Of a DNA stretch of 64,000 bases, positions 34,929-44,281 are shown one piece after another; the first letter of the stretch is position 1, and each line of letters begins with the position of its first letter. The position numbers and the translations under genes were made by a program. The DNA is from Anaerolineales bacterium (GTDB lineage Bacteria; Chloroflexota; Anaerolineae; Anaerolineales; Villigracilaceae): contig DATLZK010000024.1 in NCBI GenBank assembly GCA_035574015.1, forward strand, positions 19,594 through 83,593. Reading direction: 5' to 3'. The notes under the pieces were generated by a model. It was given only the letters and a program-made list of their open reading frames with translations, searched no databases and was not told the origin of the DNA.

Positions 34929-36956
34929 ATGTCCCTCATTACTGTTTCCTCTCTCTCCAAATCTTTCGGCGCGGAGGATCTCTTTCGTGATGTGTCCTTC
35001 TCCGTCGCCAAAGGCGCTCGGCTTGCCATTGTCGGTCCCAATGGCATTGGCAAAACGACACTGCTGCGCATCCTTGCCGGCTTAGAGGAACCTTCTTCAG
35101 GAACGGTTACACGCGCTAAAAACTTGCGTATCGGTTACCTCTCACAGGAAGCAAATTTTGAACTCGAAGGGGTGCTATGGGATCTTTGCCTTGAGCCATT
35201 CGCCGATCTGATTCGTCTGCAAGGGGAATTGGAAAAACTCGAAAGCGAAATGTCAGACCCCGTTAAACGGGAGCAGGCTTTGGTCCGTTATGGAAGCGTT
35301 CAGCACGAGTTCGAGCGACGCGGTGGATATGTTTATGAAGTCAGGATCAAACAAGTCTTGCGAGGTCTTGGCTTCGATGAATCGGATTTTCATCTGTCGC
35401 TCGATCATCTCTCAGGCGGGCAACGCACACGCGCCCATTTAGCGCGTTTGTTGCTGTCGAATCCCGATTTGCTGTTGCTTGATGAGCCGACGAATCATCT
35501 TGACATGCAAGCCATCGAATGGCTTGAAAGTTATCTGACCCAATGGGACGGCGCAGCAATCATTATTTCGCACGACCGATATTTTCTCGATCATACCTGC
35601 AATGCACTGCTCGAAATGGCAGGGAGCGGGGTGGAATATTACCGCGGGAACTACAGCGCCTATTTGCAGGAGCGCGAGAACCGCTGGCAGCATCGCTTTG
35701 AAGTTTTCGAAAGCGAGAAGGAAAAACTACTCAAGGAAGTCGAATACATCAAGAAAAACATTTCGGGTCAAAACGTACAGCAAGCCAAGGGCAGATTGCG
35801 GCGCTTGACGCGCATAGTGCAGGCGATCGAACAAGTCGGCCTGGAGGCAGCGCTTGGTACAAACTGGTCGCAATTGGATGTGGAAACGACAACCAGTCCG
35901 TTTAGCGTAGAGGAAGCCGAACGACGTGTGCGCGCACTTCGCCCACCCAAACGCGTCACGCCCAACCTGAACTTACATCTGCGTTCGACGCGCCGCTCCG
36001 GCGATGTGGTCATTCGCACCAGAAATTTGAAGGTCGGTTATTCTGCTGAAGATGGATTGCCCGAAAGGGTCTTATTCTCCGCGCCGGATATTGAACTTCG
36101 ACGTCAGGAGTGCGCCGCGTTGATCGGGCCGAACGGCGCGGGCAAAACCACGTTTCTCAAGACAATCTTCGGTTCTCTCCCCCCTTTAGCGGGTGAGGTG
36201 ATTCTGGGAGCGAGTCTGCACGTGGGATATTTCGCGCAGGCGCACGAGGGACTCGATCCCAATAAAACGGTTTTGGAGGAAATCCTTGCTGCCGCCCCCG
36301 GCATGTTGCCCTCCCAGGCACGTGACTATCTCGGCAAATATCTTTTCTCCGGCGATGACGCGTTCAAGAAGGTCTCCATGCTTTCGGGTGGCGAGCGCGG
36401 GCGCCTCGCTTTAGCCAAACTCGGCTTGCAGGATACCAATCTTTTACTGCTCGACGAGCCAACGAATCACCTGGATATTCCTTCACAAGAGGCTTTACAA
36501 TCCGTCCTGGAGGCGTATGCAGGGACGATCATCCTCGTCACCCACGACCGCTATCTCGTGGATGCGTTGGCGACCCAAATTTGGGAAATTGACCCAGACG
36601 AATCGCATCTCACAGTTTTCAACGGTACGTACTCGCAAATGAAAGAGGAAAAAAGGAAAGAAGAGGAGCGTAGAGCGACGCAGCACGCTTCGATCTTTAC
36701 TTCTCCATCATCCCCTGTTCGCTCTACCAAAAATATCAAAAACAAAGAGACAAAAGAGGAGAGGCAAAAGATCGCCCGTTTGCAGGAACTCGAAAATACA
36801 ATTGCCGAACTCGAATCCAAACTGGCGAATCTCACGGCACAACTAGAGAGTCCGCTTGTGAAGCCGGAGGAGGTGGCAAGATTGGGGATCGAATATGAGC
36901 GCGTACAAAGGGAGATAGACGACCGTCTCGCCGAATGGGAACAACTGCAAACATGA
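34929..36956 (+). CDS. ABC-F family ATPase (two NBDs, no TMD; translation-factor type) with a C-terminal coiled-coil
   Basis: 'GPNGIGKTT' / 'LSGGQRTRAHLARLL' and 'GPNGAGKTT' / 'LSGGERGRLALAKL'. The C-terminal tail is rich in K and E. Confidence 0.9.
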   Translation: MSLITVSSLSKSFGAEDLFRDVSFSVAKGARLAIVGPNGIGKTTLLRILAGLEEPSSGTVTRAKNLRIGYLSQEANFELEGVLWDLCLEPFADLIRLQGELEKLESEMSDPVKREQALVRYGSVQHEFERRGGYVYEVRIKQVLRGLGFDESDFHLSLDHLSGGQRTRAHLARLLLSNPDLLLLDEPTNHLDMQAIEWLESYLTQWDGAAIIISHDRYFLDHTCNALLEMAGSGVEYYRGNYSAYLQERENRWQHRFEVFESEKEKLLKEVEYIKKNISGQNVQQAKGRLRRLTRIVQAIEQVGLEAALGTNWSQLDVETTTSPFSVEEAERRVRALRPPKRVTPNLNLHLRSTRRSGDVVIRTRNLKVGYSAEDGLPERVLFSAPDIELRRQECAALIGPNGAGKTTFLKTIFGSLPPLAGEVILGASLHVGYFAQAHEGLDPNKTVLEEILAAAPGMLPSQARDYLGKYLFSGDDAFKKVSMLSGGERGRLALAKLGLQDTNLLLLDEPTNHLDIPSQEALQSVLEAYAGTIILVTHDRYLVDALATQIWEIDPDESHLTVFNGTYSQMKEEKRKEEERRATQHASIFTSPSSPVRSTKNIKNKETKEERQKIARLQELENTIAELESKLANLTAQLESPLVKPEEVARLGIEYERVQREIDDRLAEWEQLQT

Positions 36957-37080
36957 GTGGAGAGATGGTATTGTGGCTTATGACCCACGGTTGCTTTGGT
37001 ACAAACTGCATTCCCTCACCTCTCTCCTAGTACATTCTCTTCAAACCCACCGCTTACATTCACACTTTCCTATTCCCAAT

Positions 37081-37105
37081 GGCATGGCAGATGCCTTTTG
37101 TTTTA
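37081..37105 (+). terminator. Intrinsic terminator downstream of the ABC-F gene
   Basis: GGCAT-ggcag-ATGCC followed by TTTTGTTTT. Confidence 0.5.
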
Positions 37106-37167
37106 CTCGGTTTCGCGGTTACGGTTTTGTCATTCTTGACCTGTTCACAACAAAGGAAACCTGATCA

Positions 37168-38175
37168 TCAGCGTTTCACCTTTACCCTCATCACATACCG
37201 ATTCACACCCCCAAACCGATACTTGTATTCCTCATCCCCACGCATAAAGTCGAATTCATAGCGTCCATGTTCACAGCACCATTGAATGGTGTGTGCAAGA
37301 AGTACCCAGCCCGGCGAAAGTTCCATAAAGTCGCGGCTGACGCCGGAGTTGTATCCCCATAATTTATTTTTGTAATCGAAATTGAGGGAGGCTGCGGCTT
37401 TGATACCATCAATCTCCAGAAAGCCAAGCCAGAGATAACCGTATACATGCGCGGCGCGAATAGAACGGGACATTTGATCGCGCATCACATCGCGCAGGAA
37501 CAAGGCTTTGTTGGGGTCCTGGATCATCAAGTGAAAGAAGGACTCCAGTTCAGCCTCGATGTCTGCATTCCGATCCACCACATAGAAACGCACCCGGCCG
37601 CTCTCTGCGGCGCGGCGCATCTTGCGGCGAATCTCGTGGCGCTGTTTCTTATCGAGGCGAGCCAGATACTCCTCGAACGAGCCGTTCAAGGCAATACGCG
37701 GAGTAGGACGATAGATTTCCTCGTGATATGTCCAGCCGCGTCGCGCAGATTCCGCTCTGAGGGCGGGGAGCGTGGGAGAGTCGTCGGGGAGGTTATACCA
37801 ATCGAGGGCTGACCAGGCTGAGGCGTAGTCTGAAGCGAGGATGTCCATGAGACCTGCCAAAAAGCGTGGTAACTCCTCCGCTCCGACAATCAAATCCAGA
37901 TAATCAGAAATTTCAATACTGCCGACGAACAAAAGCGCCTGCTCTCCATCGTGTTCCGCGAGGAAGAGCGGTGCAATGCCGATAAGTTGATCGTTTTCCA
38001 CGGCAGAGATCAGCACCAGTTGAGCCGTCTTCCATTCCCCTCCGCCTCCTGTCTTCCACCATTCGCTGAGATATTCATAACGTGAGAACGGCGTATCGGC
38101 AATGCTTTTCTCCACGAGCGCGTTCCAATCTTGAGGGTCAATTTCGGAAAAATCTTTGTGTATTCGAAAGTCCAT
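37168..38175 (-). CDS. GNAT-fold acetyltransferase, BioF2-like/CelD-type (FemAB-like) family
   Basis: The length and layout ('LGFLEIDGIKAAASLNFDYKNKLWGYNSG', 'GRYEFDFMRGDEEYKYRFG') match my memory of Acetyltransf_6-type proteins. The assignment is at family level only. Confidence 0.6.
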   Translation of the reverse strand: MDFRIHKDFSEIDPQDWNALVEKSIADTPFSRYEYLSEWWKTGGGGEWKTAQLVLISAVENDQLIGIAPLFLAEHDGEQALLFVGSIEISDYLDLIVGAEELPRFLAGLMDILASDYASAWSALDWYNLPDDSPTLPALRAESARRGWTYHEEIYRPTPRIALNGSFEEYLARLDKKQRHEIRRKMRRAAESGRVRFYVVDRNADIEAELESFFHLMIQDPNKALFLRDVMRDQMSRSIRAAHVYGYLWLGFLEIDGIKAAASLNFDYKNKLWGYNSGVSRDFMELSPGWVLLAHTIQWCCEHGRYEFDFMRGDEEYKYRFGGVNRYVMRVKVKR

Positions 38176-38282
38176 AAGATGATTTCACCGCGAAGGCTTG
38201 GAGTTTTCTTTATCTTTCTCCCTCCGCTTCTGATTAGATTTTACCAGTATAATGATAGAGAGTTTTTCATTATTCTTACGCC

Positions 38283-40712
38283 GTGACTGCATTCGATTTA
38301 AACATTCTCCCCCTTCATCGTCTCAACGGGCAGGAGATGACAAACCTGCCGGGGCTACTTGCGCTCGCGCCTTCGCGCAAAGCCGCGCGGGAACGTATGC
38401 AGGATAGCCTTGTCCTTTATTTCATGCTTTCGGGCAATGCGCGGGTTGAGGCACATGAAATTGAAGAGTGGTTGCAAAACGCGGCGCATCAATTCTATCA
38501 ATGGCGTGGCTCCCTCACGGCCGCGATGAGGAAAGCTGCCGAGAGCCTCAACACGGCTTTGCTCGAACGCAATCTCTCCACCACCGGACGCGGACAATAT
38601 GCGCTCGGTTTGCTTGTGATTGCCTCCACGCGCGAGGCGCGCTGCACGCTGTTGCTGAGTGGACCAGCGCATGCGGTTTGGATCAGCGAGGGGCAATCGC
38701 GTCACTTTCACGACCCGGCGCTTTCGGGCAAGGGATTGGGATCGAGTCAGAGTTTGCGACCCTATTTCTCACAAGTGGAACTCCACCACAACGACCTACT
38801 CGTCTTGAGCGGAAAATTCCCGAAAGAGTGGGAAGCCGACTTGATGAACGAACGCCCGCCTGCCTCGCTGGAGGCAAGTTACCGCAAATTGATGTTTGCA
38901 AAAGGCGACCTGCACGCCGCGTTGATCCAAGCACAAAGCGGGCGGGGCAACATCACCCTCCTACGCCCTGCCAATTCTCCAATCTCCTCTTCTCCAATCT
39001 CCGCTCCTCCAATCTCCGCTCCTCCATTCCCCAATTCTCCAACCTCCTCTTCTCCAATCTCCCCTCCTCCATCCCCCAATTCTCCAACCTCCTCCCCGCC
39101 CTCCGAAAAAAAGCCTCCTTCTCTTGCCGACTTTCCCGCGCATGTGATACAGCCATCCGCCTATGCCATTCCACCGCGAACAGAAAGCCTGCCCACGCCC
39201 ACCGAAGAAAAAGCGACGGTGCGGTCTTTTCCTCCGTCCATACCTCGCGCGAAATCTGTTGATATAAAAATCGAAGCCGCGTCCAAAGAAGAAAAGCCCC
39301 CCGCAAAAGCGGAAAGCGATGCCCAAGCCTCCTCATCCCTCACGGAGGCCAAGCCCGGAGCGCACGCCGAAGCTGCGCGGCAGATGGCAAAAGCCGTTGT
39401 AAAAGGCATCCGCACCGGGCGACGTGTGAACGAACGATTAGGTGACCTTCTGCGCCGCTTCGTTCCCCGCATCATCCCCAACACCGATTCCACACAGGCA
39501 CTGACCATCCCCACTTATGCTATGGTCTTCATGGCTATCATCATTCCTGTTTTGGTGGTGACCATCGCAACCGTTGTTTATCTGCGCTTCGGTCAAAGTG
39601 TGCAGTATGATGAACTCTATCGTCAGGCGCTTGCTGTGCGCGCACAGGCTGTCAGCGAAGCAGATCCCATTCGCCAGCGCGATTTGTGGAATCAAGTGCT
39701 TTCATACGTGGATCAGGCAGAACGATACCGCGAAACCGACGAATCGAGATTGCTGCGTTCTGAAGCGCAATCGAATCTCGATGCGCTTATGGGCGTGTTG
39801 CGGCTTGAATTTATCCCCTCCTTCACCGGAGGGCTCGGCGGCTCCACGCAGATCAGCCGCATGGCAGCGAGCGAAAGCGACCTGTATATGCTCGATGCCG
39901 AAGGGGGCAACATCCTGCACGCCTCCTTCACAGGCCGTAGCCTTCAATTCGATAGCGCCTTCAATTGTCAACCGGGCACTTATGCGGGGTATCAGGTCGG
40001 CACACTCGTGGACATCGCGGCACTTCCCAAAGTCAACACCATCGGTGCGACCGTCATGGGCTTGGATACGGGTGGCACCCTGCTCTATTGCGCGCCGGGA
40101 CAGATTCCACAAGCCGTTCCCCTCCCTCCCCTGCCCAACACCAACTGGGTACGCATCACCGCCTTTGCGCTTGACAACGACAGGCTCTATGTGCTGGATG
40201 CGGGGGCACGCGCCGTCTGGGTTTTTCCCGGCAAAGATAGTGCCTTTCTCGACGCGCCTTACTTCTTCTTCGGCAACCAGATTCCCAACATCGAAAATGC
40301 GATTGATCTCGCGGTGAACGGCGACGACCTTTATCTTCTCCATTCCGACGGTCACCTCTCGACTTGCACCTTCAGCCGCGTCAACGGCGTTCCCACACGC
40401 TGCCAGGACCCTGCGCCCTTCGTGGATAACTTCCCCGCACATCAAGACCTCGCTCTCTTCGCACAAGCACACTTCACCCAAATCGCACTGACCAGTCCGC
40501 CAAACGTTGTGCTCCTCCTCCTCGATTCCGAAAATCGAAATGTCTATCGCTTCTCACCGCGCTCGCTCGAACTACAAAACATGATCACCGGCTTCGCAGG
40601 TAAAGCCAATCCATTCCAGGCCGGCCCCTTCACCGCAATGACCGTCAGCCCGAACTATGTGCTGTACGTTGCCATTGGCAACCAGGTTTACTTCACCACG
40701 AGCCTGCCGTGA
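38283..40712 (+). CDS. 809-aa protein of unknown function: cytoplasmic N-domain, Pro/Ser-rich tandem repeat, single TM, extracytoplasmic repeat (beta-propeller-like) domain
   Basis: Long ORF with protein-like composition. The linker is 'SPISSSPISAPPISAPPFPNSPTSSSPISPPPSPNSPTSSPPSE'. The TM segment is 'YAMVFMAIIIPVLVVTIATVVYL'. The C-terminal half has repeated 'LYVLD/LYLLH' strand-like motifs. The GTG start at 38283 is uncertain; an alternative ATG is at 38337. Confidence 0.65.
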   Translation: MTAFDLNILPLHRLNGQEMTNLPGLLALAPSRKAARERMQDSLVLYFMLSGNARVEAHEIEEWLQNAAHQFYQWRGSLTAAMRKAAESLNTALLERNLSTTGRGQYALGLLVIASTREARCTLLLSGPAHAVWISEGQSRHFHDPALSGKGLGSSQSLRPYFSQVELHHNDLLVLSGKFPKEWEADLMNERPPASLEASYRKLMFAKGDLHAALIQAQSGRGNITLLRPANSPISSSPISAPPISAPPFPNSPTSSSPISPPPSPNSPTSSPPSEKKPPSLADFPAHVIQPSAYAIPPRTESLPTPTEEKATVRSFPPSIPRAKSVDIKIEAASKEEKPPAKAESDAQASSSLTEAKPGAHAEAARQMAKAVVKGIRTGRRVNERLGDLLRRFVPRIIPNTDSTQALTIPTYAMVFMAIIIPVLVVTIATVVYLRFGQSVQYDELYRQALAVRAQAVSEADPIRQRDLWNQVLSYVDQAERYRETDESRLLRSEAQSNLDALMGVLRLEFIPSFTGGLGGSTQISRMAASESDLYMLDAEGGNILHASFTGRSLQFDSAFNCQPGTYAGYQVGTLVDIAALPKVNTIGATVMGLDTGGTLLYCAPGQIPQAVPLPPLPNTNWVRITAFALDNDRLYVLDAGARAVWVFPGKDSAFLDAPYFFFGNQIPNIENAIDLAVNGDDLYLLHSDGHLSTCTFSRVNGVPTRCQDPAPFVDNFPAHQDLALFAQAHFTQIALTSPPNVVLLLLDSENRNVYRFSPRSLELQNMITGFAGKANPFQAGPFTAMTVSPNYVLYVAIGNQVYFTTSLP
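38971..39095 (+). repeat. Imperfect in-frame tandem repeat (units of ~60 and ~45 nt built from CCAAT(T/C)(T/C)C(T/C)CC sub-repeats) inside the 809-aa gene
   Basis: 'CCAATTCTCCAA(T/C)CTCCTCTTCTCCAATCTCC' recurs at 38971 and 39031, with a partial copy at 39076. 'CTCCAATCTCCGCTC' is duplicated at 38993 and 39008. Confidence 0.85.
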
Positions 40713-41740
40713 AAAAAAGATCTCCTCTCCTGGATTTCCTCCTCTCCCTCCTCTTTCGCTGGAGACAAAAACCCTCGCCTCCGACTCAGCCGACGCCGAC
40801 TCCCGTTGATTCGGCCTCCCCTCCGCTGACAACCATTCTGCGCACCCTCCTCATCGTCTACGACCCCATTGTTGATCCTCAAAACGGCAAGCGCCTTTCC
40901 GAATACATGCACTGGAACAAAGTAGAAGACCTTGTCAGGGGATTCATGTCCGACATCCTTCAAATCAGTGGAGGCCTGGCGCGATATCAGATCGTCCAAC
41001 GCTTCGACGTAGATGACTTCCCGGCGAAAGTGGACGGCTACAAATACGACGCACAAACCTACCTCGACGTTATACGTGGACAGGCGCGCCCCTATCTGCC
41101 GCAGGAAGCCGACTATTACGCCATCCTCAAACGCTTCAATATACTGTATCGTGTGGCCAAAGGCGATCTTGACGAAGTCTGGCTCTTTGCCTTTCCCCAT
41201 GCAGGCTTCTATGAATCCATCATGGGCGGTCCTGGCGCCTTCTGGTGCAATGCCCCTCCGCTCAAAAACACCGAGGCGGCTAAAAGGCGCTTTGTCATCA
41301 TGGGCTTCTCGTTCGAACGCGGCATCGGCGAAATGCTCGAAAACATGGGGCATCGCGCCGAATCCATCATGGAAAAGGTCTTCGAGAACACAAACGAGGA
41401 AGACAACCTCTGGAAACGCTTCACGCGCTATGACCGAATTGCACCAGGTCGAGCCGCGTGCGGCAACGTCCACTTTGCGCCAAACAGTGAAAGGGACTAC
41501 GACTGGAACAATCCACGCCCCGTCCTCAGCGAATGTGATGACTGGCTGTACAACTTTCCCGATTTCAAAGGTATGATCCGTGAAGTCACGGCGGACGAAT
41601 GGGGCAGGGGCGACATCCGCGAACATCACAAGTGGTGGTTCAACCACTTCCCCAAAACTTCAGGTGAGAGAAATGGAGTTTACAACAATTGGTGGATGTA
41701 CGTGATGAACCCCAACTATGTCAAAGTCAAAAGCGGGTGA
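40709..41740 (+). CDS. 343-aa hypothetical protein (N-terminal hydrophobic segment plus Pro-rich linker; probably exported), translationally coupled to the preceding gene
   Basis: The GTG start overlaps the upstream stop (GTGA). The composition is protein-like with Trp/His-rich motifs ('ACGNVHFAPNSERDYDW', 'HHKWWFNHFP', 'NNWWMYVMNP'). The antisense ORF 40688..41647 has the composition typical of a shadow ORF. Confidence 0.65.
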   Translation: MKKRSPLLDFLLSLLFRWRQKPSPPTQPTPTPVDSASPPLTTILRTLLIVYDPIVDPQNGKRLSEYMHWNKVEDLVRGFMSDILQISGGLARYQIVQRFDVDDFPAKVDGYKYDAQTYLDVIRGQARPYLPQEADYYAILKRFNILYRVAKGDLDEVWLFAFPHAGFYESIMGGPGAFWCNAPPLKNTEAAKRRFVIMGFSFERGIGEMLENMGHRAESIMEKVFENTNEEDNLWKRFTRYDRIAPGRAACGNVHFAPNSERDYDWNNPRPVLSECDDWLYNFPDFKGMIREVTADEWGRGDIREHHKWWFNHFPKTSGERNGVYNNWWMYVMNPNYVKVKSG

Positions 41741-41818
41741 GAGGCTTGCAAAACTATTAACCCGATGTTGACAAGTTGTAACGTTTCGCTGCTTGCTATC
41801 CACATAAAATAATAAACA

Positions 41819-44278
41819 ATGTTTATCGTTAGACAGATTCTCGATATTACTGACAAGCCAACCCGCTATTTCATTGTCATCACTACTTTTGTCTTCTATG
41901 TGGGGATCTTCACGCGCTATCACAACGAGATTGGAATGACCATCACCTCCCTGGCCATCTTTCCAGTGATCGCCGGCAGCTGGTATTTTGGCGTGGGAGG
42001 TGGAATCGTGATGACGCTCATGACCATCCTAGCCGACATCGGCTCCCTGCTTGCCTTTGATCGCTCAATTGCCGCGTTATTTAGCGGGTATGGATATTCG
42101 ATTGGCAATCTCATCATCCTCTTCATTGCCATTCTTGTCGGGCGCATGGCAACCCTTCTTCGAGAACATAATGCCTCCATCCAGAGGCTCAAGGAACTCG
42201 AAGCAGAACAACGCACATATACCAACCTGCTCGAATCGCTTCAGGAAATTACCACTGTGGTACTTGAAGCCCGCGATTTGAATCTCGCCATTCAAATTCT
42301 GCTGGAAAAGGTTGCTCATCTTTTCCAGGCAGATGACAGTTACCTAGCCTTGTGGGATGAAGTCGCCAAAAAGCCGATCCCCTTCGCGGCTTACGGCGTG
42401 ATGAAGGATGCTTATCCTCACATGGATTTGCGGGAATCCACTCTCACACGCTACCTCCTCAACCAGCAGCGCCCCATTGGAATTTCAGATCTCAACTCCT
42501 TCCCTCATACCAATCCCGCCTTGCTGGCAAAGTTTCCCACGCGAGCAGTATTGGCTTTGCCCCTCATGGCAGAAGGACGTAAACTGGGACTTCTCTACGT
42601 TGGTTACCATAACCCACGTCCATTTGATGAAAAGGAAATTGCCTATGCCGAAATGGTCGCTCGTCAAATTGCCCTCGTGCTGACCAAAATCCACCTCGTC
42701 GAGGAAGCGCAGAAACAGGTCAAGCAATTGACCGTTCTCCACGAAGTCGCCATCATCGCCACGGAAGCAGAAACCCTCGATGAGCTAATCGAACGCGTCA
42801 CTGACATCATTGGCCAAAATCTGTTTCCAGATAATTTCGGGGTGTTATTGTTGGATCAGGCAAAAGGCGTGTTGAAACCTCATCCATCCTATCGCTTTGC
42901 TTCCAGAGAGAGGATAGACATGCCGGAGGTTCCCCTGGGTCAGGGAGTCAGTGGGCTGGTAGCAAAAACCGGAGAGGCGCTCCGTCTTGGAAACATCCGT
43001 GATTTCGAGCATTACATCAATATAGACTCCGACATTGTTTCCGAACTATGTGTACCGATCAAAATCAAAGATCAGGTGCTTGGTGTAATCAACACGGAAA
43101 GCACAAAGCCCAATGCCTTCACAGCAGATGACGAAGTGCTGTTGGGAACCTTAGCCGGTCAACTTGCTACCGCCATCGAACAACTACATGCCGAAGAAGC
43201 AGAAAGAAAATGGCTCAAACAACTGGCGCACTCCAACGATCTGATCTACTCGCTTGCTCACATTGTCACTGACATGGAAAAAGCCCTCAACATAAACGAC
43301 ATTTTGCAAGTGATGGGCGCACAACTGCGACAAATCAACATTACTTGCGCGGTGAGTTTGTTCGATCCCCAACATCAACGCTTTATCTTCACCTATACCT
43401 CCATGCCCTCCCACGTTCTCGATCAATTCGAAACCGGCCTGGGCTACCCTTTTTCTGCTTATCGTTTCACGCTCGATACGCTGAAGTCCCTTGTCGGGGA
43501 CAACCTCAATCATGCCATCCTTGTCGAAGACCCGCTGAATGAATTGCGCACTATTTTTACCCAACGCCGCGCAGAGGACGACGTCAAAATTCTCGCCTCC
43601 GCCGGTATTTACTCACACACCGTCCTCATGCGCCTGCCCCTCCTGTTCGAGGAGAAAATGCTTGGCATCCTCTGGCTGTGGGGCGATGGCATCCTCAAAT
43701 CCGATTTGCCCATCATGTCCATCTTTGCCAAACAAGTCAGCAGTTCGCTCGAGCGTGCCCGTCTCTTCGAGGAGGTGCAAAGCCTTGCACTCACCGATCC
43801 CCTCACCGGCTTGCACAACCGCCGCAACCTCTTCGAACTCGGCAAAATCGAATTCTACCGGGCACGCCGTTTGAACCGTCCCTTTTCCTGCATGATGCTC
43901 GATTTGGATCACTTCAAACAAATCAATGATACCTATGGTCATCAGGTAGGCGATGAAGTCTTACAAGAATTTGCCAAACGCTGCAAACAATCGGTGCGAG
44001 AGGTGGATATTGTGGGGCACTATGGAGGTGAGGAAATCCTGATCCTTCTACCCGAAACAACGATGACAACCACCCAACAGGTAGCAGAACGTTTGCGCCG
44101 CAACATCACTGAAAAACCCTTCGATGTGGCCGGTCACAAACTGTATATTACCGTCAGCATTGGAATCGCCAGTCTCGATGAGCACACGCTCGAACTAGAC
44201 ACCCTCATCGCTCGCGCCGATCAAGCCATGTACATTGCCAAGCACAAGGGGCGAGATCGCGTGGCAATCAGCGTTTAA
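41819..44278 (+). CDS. Membrane-anchored GAF-domain diguanylate cyclase (GGDEF family)
   Basis: About 4 N-terminal TM segments and two or three GAF-like segments. The C-terminal domain has 'LTDPLTGLHNRRNLFE...DLDHFKQINDTYGH' and the active-site variant 'YGGEEI', with an RxxD I-site ('REVD') five residues upstream. Confidence 0.85.
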   Translation: MFIVRQILDITDKPTRYFIVITTFVFYVGIFTRYHNEIGMTITSLAIFPVIAGSWYFGVGGGIVMTLMTILADIGSLLAFDRSIAALFSGYGYSIGNLIILFIAILVGRMATLLREHNASIQRLKELEAEQRTYTNLLESLQEITTVVLEARDLNLAIQILLEKVAHLFQADDSYLALWDEVAKKPIPFAAYGVMKDAYPHMDLRESTLTRYLLNQQRPIGISDLNSFPHTNPALLAKFPTRAVLALPLMAEGRKLGLLYVGYHNPRPFDEKEIAYAEMVARQIALVLTKIHLVEEAQKQVKQLTVLHEVAIIATEAETLDELIERVTDIIGQNLFPDNFGVLLLDQAKGVLKPHPSYRFASRERIDMPEVPLGQGVSGLVAKTGEALRLGNIRDFEHYINIDSDIVSELCVPIKIKDQVLGVINTESTKPNAFTADDEVLLGTLAGQLATAIEQLHAEEAERKWLKQLAHSNDLIYSLAHIVTDMEKALNINDILQVMGAQLRQINITCAVSLFDPQHQRFIFTYTSMPSHVLDQFETGLGYPFSAYRFTLDTLKSLVGDNLNHAILVEDPLNELRTIFTQRRAEDDVKILASAGIYSHTVLMRLPLLFEEKMLGILWLWGDGILKSDLPIMSIFAKQVSSSLERARLFEEVQSLALTDPLTGLHNRRNLFELGKIEFYRARRLNRPFSCMMLDLDHFKQINDTYGHQVGDEVLQEFAKRCKQSVREVDIVGHYGGEEILILLPETTMTTTQQVAERLRRNITEKPFDVAGHKLYITVSIGIASLDEHTLELDTLIARADQAMYIAKHKGRDRVAISV

Positions 44279-44281
44279 CCT

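Noticed and set aside
25138-36956. AAC(6')-like GNAT, ABC-F ATPase, MacAB-like pump and TetR as an acquired antibiotic-resistance island
   Set aside because: No integrase, transposase, integron attC or IS boundaries are visible. The genes are interspersed with housekeeping genes (GH4, proC). All four families have abundant non-resistance chromosomal members, so a resistance role cannot be inferred from sequence alone.
38468-39262. 264-aa alternative-frame ORF (and several minus-strand ORFs across 38879..39514) over the Pro/Ser repeat
   Set aside because: The low-complexity CCAAT/CTCC DNA keeps several reading frames open over this stretch. Only the 38283 frame continues into long, compositionally normal flanking domains.
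40688-41647. 319-aa minus-strand ORF opposite the 343-aa hypothetical gene
   Set aside because: Its V/F/E/G/R-rich composition and arginine-rich tail look like an antisense artefact. The plus-strand frame is translationally coupled to the upstream gene and has normal composition. This judgement is made without homology data.
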